64,000 nucleotides of DNA from Basidiobolus meristosporus CBS 931.73 (GCA_002104905.1 MCFE01000410.1:15839-79838); one strand, 5' to 3'. Positions 51,731-63,001 are shown, numbered from the stretch's first letter. Program-made: numbers and translations. The notes: generated from the sequence alone by a model not told the origin.

Positions 51731-52078
51731 TGTTGTAAAAATTCGGGATTCCACCTAAATATTCACCTAACTCGGTCACTTAGATCATTACCTACATATC
51801 CTAGAGAATACTGACCAAATTCCTTGTCGGGATTTACTTGGAATATTCTCACCAAAATACCAGGTACCCAGGACATGAAAATTCGTTAAGTTGTCCAAAC
51901 AGCCCCAACTTTGCACACATGTTCTTGAGACCTTCCTAAACATATTCTACGTGTTTGTTATGCCAATACCATGTGAAAGTATAAGTACTACTTTTACATT
52001 TAATAAATCATTAAGTGAAAACCACATAATCTACTTGTTCGCTCAATCACTTCCAATATCTCCAAAACTCTTACAACA
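51731..52078 (+). mobile_element. Copia solo LTR (348 bp), CpG-retaining copy
   Basis: TGTTGTA...TTACAACA with perfect TSD ATAGC; 6 CG dinucleotides. Confidence 0.92.
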
Positions 52079-52229
52079 ATAGCGAGATCGTGGGATATAT
52101 ACATAACATTCCACAAGTGAGCGCATGAAAAGTGTTCATAAATTTTACTCTCTGTTATGGTCTTTCATATCTGTACACGCACCGTACCAAACTACCGCCT
52201 AACCCACAATTTTGGCTAACTTCGATGAT

Positions 52230-52950
52230 TTTAATGTTCTGAGTACCTGGCATTTTGGTGGAAGATTTTCAAGTAAATCCCGGCATAGAATTTGTGGAGG
52301 AAAAGTGAAGTTCGTAAGATATGATCTAAGTGACTAAGTTAATGTAAATACTTGGGTTTAGATATGGAAGTGAATGATTCATTGCTTTGTAATGTGGAAG
52401 CACCAAACTTGATACATACAATTAGTTCTGGTGACAAACCTAATTGTTGTATCATATCAACTTGAATGACTAAGCTATCAACCAATCAAAGCTCATTGCT
52501 TTCATAGAGCATACTAATATAAGCAAGGATACTTGCTAAATGTGAAAACATAACATTTGCAATTAGGGGTGCCATTAGGCAAGTCCTATAACAAAACGAC
52601 TATTATAAATCCTGTAAGTGTACCTAAATATTCCATTAACTTAGTCATTCAGATCATAGTTTACAGATTTGTGAGTATTTTGCCTAAATTCCTGGTCGGG
52701 ATTTACTTGGAATATTTTACCAAAGTATCAGATACGCAGGACATGAAAAATCTCAAAGTTGCCCAAAGCTCCACAATCTTTGCACACATGTTCCTGGGAC
52801 CTTCACAAACATATTTTGCGTGTTTGTCTTGCCAAGACCATGTCAAAGTATAAATACCACTTTTATATTCAATTAATCATTAAGTAGCAACCACATAATC
52901 TACCTGTTATCCCAATCACGTTCAATATCTCCCTAACTATTACCACAACA
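52230..52950. repeat. Two diverged Copia-LTR remnants (about 52230-52360 minus, about 52600-52950 plus)
   Basis: GATCTAAGTGACTAAGTT, GGGATTTACTTGGAATATTTT, GCACACATGTTCCTGGGACCTTC motifs. Confidence 0.7.
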
Positions 52951-53640
52951 AGCCCTTACAAATAGCAAATATCAGGTATAATCACTCATAAACTCTGCCC
53001 TTCCATCTCCGATACATCCCAAGGTTTAAATACATATTCACTATTGTTATCATGTAAATGCGATCAATACCATCTTGCTATATATTTTACTTAAAGCTGA
53101 CCACAGATTAGGCAAAAAATTGGAATAGCATAAAAGTTAATACTCCTAAAATGGGTGGATGATAACCCAACATGCCATGTGTTGAAATCATACAATTATC
53201 AGTCATCTGTTAGGAATCAGCCCTAATATTTATACAAAGCCAGATGGGATGCTAATTACTAAGTGAAATATGCTGCATGGTAGAAAGATAATTGACAGTA
53301 CTACTGTGGATGGGGAGAGAATGCTCTGACCAACATATTTTATTTTAAATTATACACATCGAGATTTTACAGCAAGCGTCATCAAAATAATAGAGAATAC
53401 AAAACCATCTAGACAAGTGCTCCTATAGTATTACCACGGAAATGATACTGTTGGCTACCTAGGTAACACAGATGAAATGAACAGGACTCATGACACCTAA
53501 TCGGACTCCATATCTGGTGGTGAGCTGTTATCGGTGAGCATATCGGGAAGCCATCCACTCCAACCGCAGTGCTGCAAGTTCAATGGGAGTTTTTCAGCTT
53601 TAATATAAGGTTTCGGCGCCAGAGCAATATTCAGAACACT

Positions 53641-54102
53641 ATGGTGATGGAACAGCAATACCAACTAGCCCAGCTGAATGTCGGCAACATGCTTGCGCCG
53701 CTCGAGGATCCGATCATGGCTGGATTTGTTCAGCAGCTCGATGTCATCAATGGAGTTGCCGATGCCTCGCCAGGATTTGTCTGGAGACTGCAAACTGAGG
53801 ACGGAGATGCGACTACCATTCGCATATACGAGAACGAACTGATCTTGGTGAACCTCTCTGTGTGGGAGTCCAAGGATGATCTGTTCAGCTTTGTCTACCG
53901 CTCGGATCACAAGCATGTCCTGAAGCAACGCCGACAGTGGTTTGAACGCTGGAAGGGCCCTTACACAGTGCTGTGGTGGGTCAAACAGGGGCACACTCCT
54001 ACCCCGCAGGAGGCGAAGGAGCGCCTGGAGTACCTAGCTCAGCATGGGGACTCCCCTCACGCGTTTTCCTTTCGCAAGTCCTTTCCTCCTCCATCTGAAT
54101 GA
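53641..54102 (+). CDS. DUF3291-like protein (bacterial-type), copy 1, 153 aa, intronless
   Basis: QLAQLNVG...APLEDPIMAGFV...SPGFVWRLQ...VNLSVWES...RRQWF...VLWWV...GHTPT...AFSF pattern recalled for DUF3291. ATG at 53641 is preferred over the upstream GTG. Confidence 0.8.
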   Translation: MVMEQQYQLAQLNVGNMLAPLEDPIMAGFVQQLDVINGVADASPGFVWRLQTEDGDATTIRIYENELILVNLSVWESKDDLFSFVYRSDHKHVLKQRRQWFERWKGPYTVLWWVKQGHTPTPQEAKERLEYLAQHGDSPHAFSFRKSFPPPSE

Positions 54103-54805
54103 CCAATGCTTCTGTAAGATCCAATTGTAGTGCATAAAATAAATATGGGCAGGCATACTCGGCAAGTTTATTTGACTGGAGGTATCTCGATATAGTCAAA
54201 CCCAGATGATGTTTGGATTTAGTACCTGTGTTACTGACAATGCCTCAAGCGGATCGACATCCTTTTGTGGAAAAAAGGCCAACATTGTTCACGTGGTAGC
54301 CAAATTATGGGTATGTGTAGTGGCATTGAAGGAGGTAGCGCGACTGAGGGACAGAGTAGATCAATTCAATCCAGCGTATTCCTCCAACGGTTAGCTAATA
54401 CGAGCCTTTTTTTCATGCAATAAGGTACAATTCATTCTGGAATCATTAACTATAAGAATTGTGCGGTATTGCAGTCTACATATCTATTTATCCAATCTCA
54501 AAGCCAAATGGAAAAGCCGATCAACGGGTTTCGAGCTCTATTCGTAAGAGCCGACTTGATGATTAATACTAGGAGTGTTGTTGGGGGCTAGGCCTACTTG
54601 AATGATATTGCACCGACTTGGAATTTTACTAATTCAGGTCTATTTGCGGTATTAGAAAGGCCAAAGTTAGTTTTATAGCTTATTATCGCCCTCGATACAC
54701 TCTGACATGGATTCTGTCAATCATTTAAAACTTGTTGCTCCATATTATCGTGTATGTAAACACATCCTGAATGGGTGTAGTACTATCATCGCATAGCTTG
54801 TAAGC

Positions 54806-54878
54806 GGCCTCGTAGCTCAGTGGATAGAGCGTCCGCCTCCTAAGCGGAAGGTCCCAGGTTCGACCCCTGGCTTGGTTG
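54806..54878 (+). tRNA. tRNA-Arg(CCT), weak acceptor stem (possible pseudogene)
   Basis: D arm GCTC/GAGC; anticodon arm TCCGC-CT-CCT-AA-GCGGA; T arm CCAGG-TTCGACC-CCTGG; acceptor GGCCTCG/CTTGGTT has two mismatches. Confidence 0.8.
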
Positions 54879-55271
54879 ATTTTGATTCTCTTACATTCAC
54901 TGATGTATGCTTCAGAGACCTAACATACTCAACATCAAGCGAGTGTCAGTGATGCAAAGAATTTTATAAAATTTATGAACCTTGACAGCCACTGATATGA
55001 TAGGGTGCTGGCATGCTGTAGGTGATCCCGTTTACTGTGAAAATACATTTTAAATTGAAACAATACAAGTATGCCCACCTGACCCAGTTGTAGCGCATTC
55101 CGCACGTAAACTGCAAATTAGTCATCTTATTCCTGGCAGTTGGCTATATTCAAGATTTACACGTTTGATTTCTGTTAATAAAACTGCATATTGCTCTAAT
55201 TTACTGCAGATCCCACAACCTACTGACACTATATGCAACTACAATACTTATTGAAATTTGTAATTACAGTA

Positions 55272-55304
55272 GTGTCACGTCCTTCGGGACCTCTGACACT
55301 TGAA

Positions 55305-55335
<31 letters not shown>

Positions 55336-55397
55336 GGCCCCTGCACAAGGATGACACGTAAATCTTGAGTGGACACCTCTTCGGAGGATATTTTTTT
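55272..55397 (+). ncRNA. U6: U6 spliceosomal snRNA (extended variant); 5' end uncertain (55272 or 55279)
   Basis: AAATTGGAACGATACAGAGAAGATTAGCATGGCCCCTGCACAAGGATGACACG core with ACAGAGA box (55319-55325), AGC triad and ISL; ends in T7. Confidence 0.93.
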
Positions 55398-56046
55398 AGC
55401 ATTTTGATCTTTGTCTTCACCAAGTTACTATATTGTTTTCGATATTGCTACGTAAGCGCGTTTAGTATGTTTCAATGTTAACACGCGGCAATATAATCCG
55501 GGAAAGTACCGTTTGGTATGAATCATCAACCAAAACTTGTTCATTGATAGGCAAAGCATGAGGCAATTAGGGAAAAAAACCATTGGGCAACAAAGTCATG
55601 AATCAAATCATCCTACAGTTTGCAACAAATGCCTTGTTTCATGTTTAAAATATCAACTGCGACGTAAACCCTTCACATCAAGATATCTACGTTGTGTGAG
55701 ATTGCCAAAAATTAGAGACTGATTAACTAGTTTTCAAGGTAAGATAAGTGGTGCTCCTGCATCAATGAAGATGAAAGTTTGAGGCATTCGAGAAAAGAAA
55801 AACCATCTGGACTTGGCCATGAGAATACCTATAGTACTACAACGGAAGGGGTGCTGTTGGATGTTCGGGTGACACTACTGAAATGGGCAAGACTTATGAC
55901 ACCTAATCGCACTCCATATCTGGTGGTGAGCTGTTATCGGTGAGCATATCGGGAAGCCATCCACTCCAACCGCAGTGCTGCAAGTTCAATGGGAGTTTTT
56001 CAGCTTTAATATAAGGTTTCGGCGCCAGAGCAATATTCAGAACACT

Positions 56047-56523
56047 ATGGTGATGGAACAGCAATACCAACTAGCCCAGCTGAATGTCGGCAACATGCTT
56101 GCGCCGCTCGAGGATCCGATCATGGCTGGATTTGTTCAGCAGCTCGATGTCATCAATGGAGTTGCCGATGCCTCGCCAGGATTTGTCTGGAGACTGCAAA
56201 CTGAGGACGGAGATGCGACTACCATTCGCATATACGAGAACGAACTGATCTTGGTGAACCTCTCTGTGTGGGAGTCCAAGGATGATCTGTTCAGCTTTGT
56301 CTACCGCTCGGATCACAAGCATGTCCTGAAGCAACGCCGACAGTGGTTTGAACGCTGGAAGGGCCCTTACACAGTGCTGTGGTGGGTCAAACAGGGGCAC
56401 ACTCCTACCCCGCAGGAGGCGAAGGAGCGCCTGGAGTACCTAGCTCAGCATGGGGACTCCCCTCACGCGTTTTCCTTTCGCAAGTCTTTCCCTCCTCCAT
56501 CTGAATGTCCAATGCTTCTGTAA
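56047..56523 (+). CDS. DUF3291-like protein, copy 2, 158 aa
   Basis: Near-identical to copy 1 (offset 2406 bp); TGT in place of TGA adds CPMLL. Confidence 0.8.
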   Translation: MVMEQQYQLAQLNVGNMLAPLEDPIMAGFVQQLDVINGVADASPGFVWRLQTEDGDATTIRIYENELILVNLSVWESKDDLFSFVYRSDHKHVLKQRRQWFERWKGPYTVLWWVKQGHTPTPQEAKERLEYLAQHGDSPHAFSFRKSFPPPSECPMLL

Positions 56524-57579
56524 GATCCAATTGTAGTGCATAAAATAAATATGGGCTGTGCATACTCGGCAAGTTTATTTCCATGAAGGTATCCCGATAT
56601 AGTTACATTCACAAGATTTGTGCCACTGGCAACGAGGAACGGATTTACATCATGTCAATTATTATAAAGGAGTGACAAAGGCCTTAAGAGTATCTACAAA
56701 TTGGTAACTATTGAACTGGCAATAAACCCGCTGTCGGAGGGAAAATGCTTCTATGCGAGTAAACAGACCTGCATGTCTGAATTTCCAAACTAGTAGATAG
56801 GACACTTCATACTGGAATCCTGAGAAGTTGCTTATTCCAGAATTATGCCGGGCCTGTGCGATCTCAATATGATAATAGCCAACCTATTTCCAACAAGATA
56901 TTTCTTCCCGTAACCCGTATTGCTAGGCAACTGAAGCTTGCACATTTGATGAACAGTAGCCTTGAGAACAATATGGCCACTGATGCAAGCGGAGCTTTTT
57001 TGAAGCCTAGTTGAAAACCACGGCTTGTGGAGGCTGTTACGATGCATGTTATTAGGCTGAGCAATAATTGGGAGTATGCCATAGCCAACGGTGCACCTTT
57101 GGTTAAGGATTCCCTACATGTGAGCCTTGCAGAGAATTGTAGAAGCCAATCATCCACCTACCAGTTGAACATCACAGTTACGTGTGTGCATGGGTTTACT
57201 ACTAGTGACATTAATGGATAGGATTAAGCGATAATCCCAACACGGGGTTTTCCTGAATAAGAAAAAATATCAGCGGTGTTTATAGCACACATATACTTGT
57301 AATATTGCTTGCAGGCTTATTGAATCAAGCAAGGTGTGTCAGCGTTATGATTTTGTACATTAGACTGAAATTGTTACTCGTTGACCATCAGACTGATATT
57401 CTTACTCATGCAAAAGGCCAATTTATTCAATGCGTAAGTTTGTGGTTTTGTTTGGTGGGATTTAGTACAATAAATGAGTATGTGGTGTGTGCCTTATTGC
57501 TGACGCACAATGGTAGCTGTGATATAGCCAGAGGGATCGCTGATGGGTTGGAAGATGTTCATATCCTTACCTTCATTTG

Positions 57580-60500
57580 TGTTGTAAGAGTCTTGGAGAT
57601 ATTGGAAGTGATTGGGAGAACAAGTAGATTATGTGGTTTTCACTTAATGATTTATTGAATGTAAAAGTAATATTTATACTTTTACCTGGTCTTGGCATTA
57701 CAAACACGTAAAATAGGCTAAGGAAGGTCCCAAGAACATGTGTGCAAAGTTTGGGGCTGTTTGGACAACTTTAAGAATTTTCATGTTCTGGGTAAATATT
57801 CTAAGTAAATCCCAACAAGGAATTTTGGTCAGTATTCTCTAGGATTTGAAGGTGATGATCTAAGTGACTAAGTTAGGTGAATATTTAGGTGGAAGTACAA
57901 GTTTTTACAACACTCCCACTCAGCTAAATGTTCATACTGACTAGTCCTAATTTTGATCTAAGATATTCAAACTTGTCTCTAGCTAATGGTTTGGTAAATA
58001 TGTCTGCAATCATTTCATCTGTAGGACAGTAAACTAAGCTAACTATGAAATGATGTCCAATATCTATGTGCTTGGTTCTAGCATGAAAAGTTGGATTTCT
58101 ACCTAATTATATACACCCTTGATTATCTTGAAATAAAGTAATAGGCATTTTTTGACATAGGCCTAAGTTTGTAAAACGTTTTCTTAACCACATTGCTTCT
58201 TTTGTAGCTTCACAGGCAGCCATGTACTCTGCCTCTGTGGTAGAAAGTGCTACGGTTGGTTGCTTTCTTGAATTCCATGAAATTGCTCCTTTACAGTAAA
58301 GAAAGGTGTATCCTGTGGTGGATCTTCTGTCTTCTGAATTTTGTCCCCAATCAGCATCAGAATATCCCACAAGATCCTGTTCTGAATCCTTATAAGTGTA
58401 TCTTGAGCAGATATCAGCAGTTCCTTTCAGGTATCTAAAAATCCGCTTAACTGCTGCAATATGATCAGATCCATAGTTCTGATTATGTTGGCTGACAACT
58501 CCCACTGAATATGAGATATCTGGACGTGTTCCAAGCATGATATACATCAGACTGCTGACCATGGATTGATAAGGAAAGTCAGGGCTTTCAGATGGCACCA
58601 AGCTCTCTTAATTTGGTTGAGTTTTCACCAATTTAAGGTTTGTCTTCATTGGGGTAGCTGCCGGTTTACAGTCTTCCATTTGGTACTTCTTTAGTATATC
58701 TTGAATATACTTGGATTGGCTTGGGGTGATAGTCTGGGTACTTCTGTCTATGGAGAACTTAATCCCTAAGTGGTAACTAAGTTCTCCTAGATCGGACATC
58801 TTGAACTCCTTAGATAGGCTGGACTTAGTCTCTTCCAGTGTTTCTAGGTTATTAGTGGCTATAATAAGATCATCCACATATAGAGCTAATAGAACTGGAC
58901 TTGCTCTATCTGGCTTATAGTATATACTATAGTCAGCATTACTTCTTTTGAAACTCAAAGATTCCAAATAAGAATCTATCTTGCAACTCCAGGCTCTTGG
59001 TGATCGTTTGAGACTATATAGTGACTTTTTAAGCTTGCAGACCAAATAGGGGTTATCTTGGTCAACAAACCCATCAGGCTGGTCCATATGCATGTCCTCA
59101 TCAGGTTCTCCATTCAAAAATGCTGTTTTACATCCATTTGATAAATAAAAAACTTATATTTGGCTGCAATAGCCAATATTAATCTGATGGAATTAAACTT
59201 GGCTACCAGTGCAAAGGTCTCAGTATAGTCATGTCCTTTTGTTTGAGAGTATCCTTTGGCTACAAGTCTTGCTTTGTATCTTTCAACTGTACCATCAGCC
59301 TTGTATTTTGTCTTGAAGACCCATCTGCATCCAATGGTTTTTTGGTTAATTGGTAATTTGACTAAGTCCCAAGTTTGATTTTCCATCAGGGCCTGATATT
59401 CCTCAGTCATTGCAGATCTCCAAAACTTTGTCTGAGGGCTATTTAGGGCCTCTTTTATAGTCTGGGGCTCATCAATATGGACTGAATAGGCATAGGCTAA
59501 GTTTATACCCTCATTGATGTAGTAATTTGGGCTATTTCTTGTCCAATTGGATCTCCAGGCATTTGATACTGGAATGATCACTTCTGGGATATTTCTGGGT
59601 ACTGATTTTGGCTGAACCATGGTTGTAGAGTCCTCTGGAGTGAATAACTTTCATTGTTTTGCTCAGATTCAATCCTGACAATTGGTAGACTTGAGATCAA
59701 ACTTTTGTCATCATCTGATGTCATTTTTTGTGAAAATTTTGAATTTTCATCAAACAACACATTCCTGGACTTGATCAGCTTCTTTGCTTTAGTATTGTAG
59801 AGTCTGTATGCCTTACTCTCATTGCAGTGGCCTTAAAATATGCATTTTACACTTTTTGGTTCAAATTTTGACTGATTTCTGGCCAGTTTTTTGGCATACG
59901 CTGTACACCCTAATATTCTTAGATGTTCTGCACTTGGTCTGTATCCATACTATGCTTCAAATGGAGTAGATTCACGAAGTATTCTGTTATAACTCCTATT
60001 TTTCAGGTATACAGCAGTGGCAACTGATTCTGCCCAAAAATCATAGGATAATTTTTGATCATGGATCATAGATCTTGCCATATCAAATATTGATCTGTTA
60101 GCATGTTCTGCTACTCCATTTTGCGGTGGGGAGTATGGTACAGTAGTCTCTTGCTTTATCCCATGAATTTTGCAGAAGTGGATGAAGAGTTTTAAGGTAT
60201 TTTCTCCACCATTGTCAGAGCGTATTTTCTTGATTTTTTCACCAGTTTCTCTCTCCACCATGGCTTTACACTCCCTGAGCTTAGACAGAGCTTCTTCCTT
60301 TCTCTCCATGAAGTAGACCCATGTGAATCTTATATAATCATCAATAAAAGTGATTAAATACTTCATCCAGCCTAAGGATAAATTTTGCATAGGTCCACAC
60401 AGATCTGAGTGAATTGGATCTAATTTTTTCTTAGTTTTGATTACCCAGAGCTCTGGAACAGTTGTCTGGCTTGTTTCCCATATATGAAGGCTTCACAGTG

Positions 60501-60873
60501 CTCCAAATTAGCTGGGGGATCAATTTTTACTCCAGAAATTAGCTGATCTTTTATCATTTTGCACAAATAATCAAAATTGATGTGCTCAAATCTCCTGTGC
60601 CAAAGCGTTAGTGTTTCTTCATTTAAGTTACTTATATTGGCTTCCAAATATGATGGAATATAAGTCAACTTGTATAGATTCTGATCTCTGATACCCAAAG
60701 CAATATGGGCACCGTTTTGATCAGTGATCTTGCATCCAGAATTGTCAAAGCTGAAACTGAGTCCTGCTGCTGTGGCCTTGCTTACAGATAGTAGGTTCTT
60801 GGCTATTTCTGGTACATAAAGTACTTCTTTAAAGGTTAGTGTATGGCTTCCTTAGAGTTTAGGGATGATAATC
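57580..60873 (-). mobile_element. Degenerate Ty1/Copia retrotransposon lacking gag and the 5' LTR
   Basis: 3' LTR 57580-57912; PPT GAGTGGGAG at 57913-57921; RNase H YSDADW...STTEAEY; RT LYVDDL, GCRWVFK...YKARLVAKG; integrase IRSDNGGE...QNGVAE; LWHRRFEH. Domain order IN-RT-RH. Confidence 0.93.
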
Positions 60874-60917
60874 TTAGGGTTAGGGGGGGAGGAAAGTCAC
60901 CAAGTTGTGAAATCTTT

Positions 60918-61128
60918 AGACTTGTTCCATCATTCCAGCTGATCATAGTGCCCAATAGTGCCATAGCATGCTAGATTGTGCCTGATTATGCCACAGAGTG
61001 CCAGATGGTGCCATACATTACCAATTTGGGATCAAAATTGACATGCATATGACCCTAAAATATCAAATTAATAACAAAATATACAGCACTCTCTGGCACT
61101 ATGATCAATGGCACAATGGAACAAGTCT
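60918..61128. mobile_element. MITE-like element, 211 bp
   Basis: Inverted ends AGACTTGTTCCAT..TGATCATAGTGCC / GGCACTATGATCA..ATGGAACAAGTCT; internal GTGCC repeats; TSD unclear. Confidence 0.65.
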
Positions 61129-62166
61129 TTTATATAGGGGAGGGAAAGTCACCAAGTTGGTGAAATCTTTATTTGAGTTAAGAACTAATCTAAGTACAAA
61201 TAAAGAAGCCAATTAGGAGGTCTAGAACCTCTCTAATAAGTAATCAAATTTACGTTTTGTTTCATCTCTAATGTTTGTTTCAATAAAGTAAAGCTCATTG
61301 TTGTATCCAAGAGAAAGTGTAATAAAAACTCTTGAATGGTTTAACTGAACCAAAGGGACAATTAAGTGCAGAATCTTAGAATTGTCAGAGAGTGGCAGAA
61401 ATATTAGCAGAAAGATTCTGATCTAATATTGGTCTTGGATATAGCTGGGTTGGCTATAAAGACAATGATATTTGTTTGCTAGGCAGGCTAGGCTTGGTGT
61501 TCTTTGGAGTGCTAGATATACTAGGCTTGGATAGAAACTAGAACGGAATTGTTGGATTCTTATTTTTGCTGAGACAGAATCTTAATTTCGTTGAGACACA
61601 CACTAAACCAAAAGGTTCAGTAAACTTTATTTATACTTTTCTGATCAAGTTGACTTAGTAAGCGCCAAGGGACTGGATTGATTGAGATAAACTTGGGTGT
61701 TCATAGGTGCATATGATAAATGAAAATTACATCATCAATCAACTGATGTCTTGGCAACTGCACCGTGGTTGGATAGATCTCAGATGACTAATCACCTGGG
61801 AAGGCTTGGCAGATAGGTTGATAACGTAATGACCATTTGAAAATAGATCAGGTGTGATAGCTAAAAATAGATTCTGAGGTGGGATAAAATAAACTGTAAC
61901 TGGGATTTGTTATGTTTGGGTTAGGGAAAATCAGTTAGGGTACTAGATTTTCAAACGGAGTAAAATTGGCTAAGTTTTAAATGTTGATGCACAACACTCA
62001 TCAGGGGTAAATATAAAATTCAAGGGTTTTGGGGGAAGTACAAGTTATAGATGTTTCTGATCAATATAATCCAAGACTGGAACCCAGCCTGGGATTAGGT
62101 GTAGTAGGAAAGGTGTGTGGACTTGTAAGTAGCTCTGCCACATAGATCTTAGATGGTCCTGAGCCA

Positions 62167-63001
62167 GGGTTAGGGGGAGGAAAGTCACCAAGTGGTGAAA
62201 TCTTTATTTATTTATGACAAGTATCTAAAGAAGCCAAGTTAATCTGAAGTTATTCCTAGGAAGCTAGGTCTGAGAGATATCTTCCTGGTAAGCCAGGTCT
62301 GAGAGTTGAGAAGCTGAGTGGTACTATAATTCCTAGTTAGCAAGGTCTCAGAGAGGTTTCCTGAAAAGCCAGGCCTGAGAAGTGAGAATCTGAATATATC
62401 TGAGCTAAGTTATACTGGTTTGCGGTAGCTGAATTGTGGCCGGAATGGCCAGTAGACTGGGGGAACTGAGATGAATTTCTGGGCGATCACTGGCCAGATT
62501 TACTAGACAAATCTGGCCAATTAGCATTTTAAGGATTTCAGCCAATCAGAGCCTTTACTTTGCCCGATGGTTGATCAAGCCTTAGGGTTAGGGGGAGGAA
62601 AGTCACCAAGTGGTGAAATCTTTATTTACTTATGACAAGTATCTAAAGAAGCCAAGTTAATCTGAAGTTTTTCCTGGAAAGCTAGGTCTGAGAGATATCT
62701 TCCTGGTAAGCCAGGTCTGAGAGTTGAGAAGCTGAGTGGTACTATATATCTCCTAGTTAGCTAGGTCTGAGAGTGGTTTCCTGGAAAGCCAGGCCTGAGA
62801 AGTGAGAATCTGAATATATCTGAGCTAAGTTATACTGGTTTGCGGTAGCTGAATTGTGGCCGGAATGGCCAGTAGACTGGGGGAACTGAGATATATTTCT
62901 GGGCAATCACTGGCCAAATTTACTAGGCAAATCTGGCCAAGTAGCATTTCAAGGATTTCAGCCAATCAGAGCCTTTACTTTGCCCGATGGTTGATCAAGC
63001 C
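62167..63001 (-). repeat. Two tandem about 415-bp non-coding units, each starting at a telomeric seed
   Basis: 62167-62581 and 62582-63001 are near-identical, with internal (C/T)AGG(T/C)CTGAGA subrepeats. Confidence 0.9.

Noticed and set aside
53641-56523. Bacterial contamination or chimeric contig explaining DUF3291
   Set aside because: The copies flank a spliceosomal U6, have eukaryotic TATA-like and AATAAA signals, and are continuous with fungal LTRs and a telomere.
56740-57230. Faint resemblance to a polysaccharide-lyase C-terminal segment
   Set aside because: Only a few residues match and the frames are broken; not supportable.
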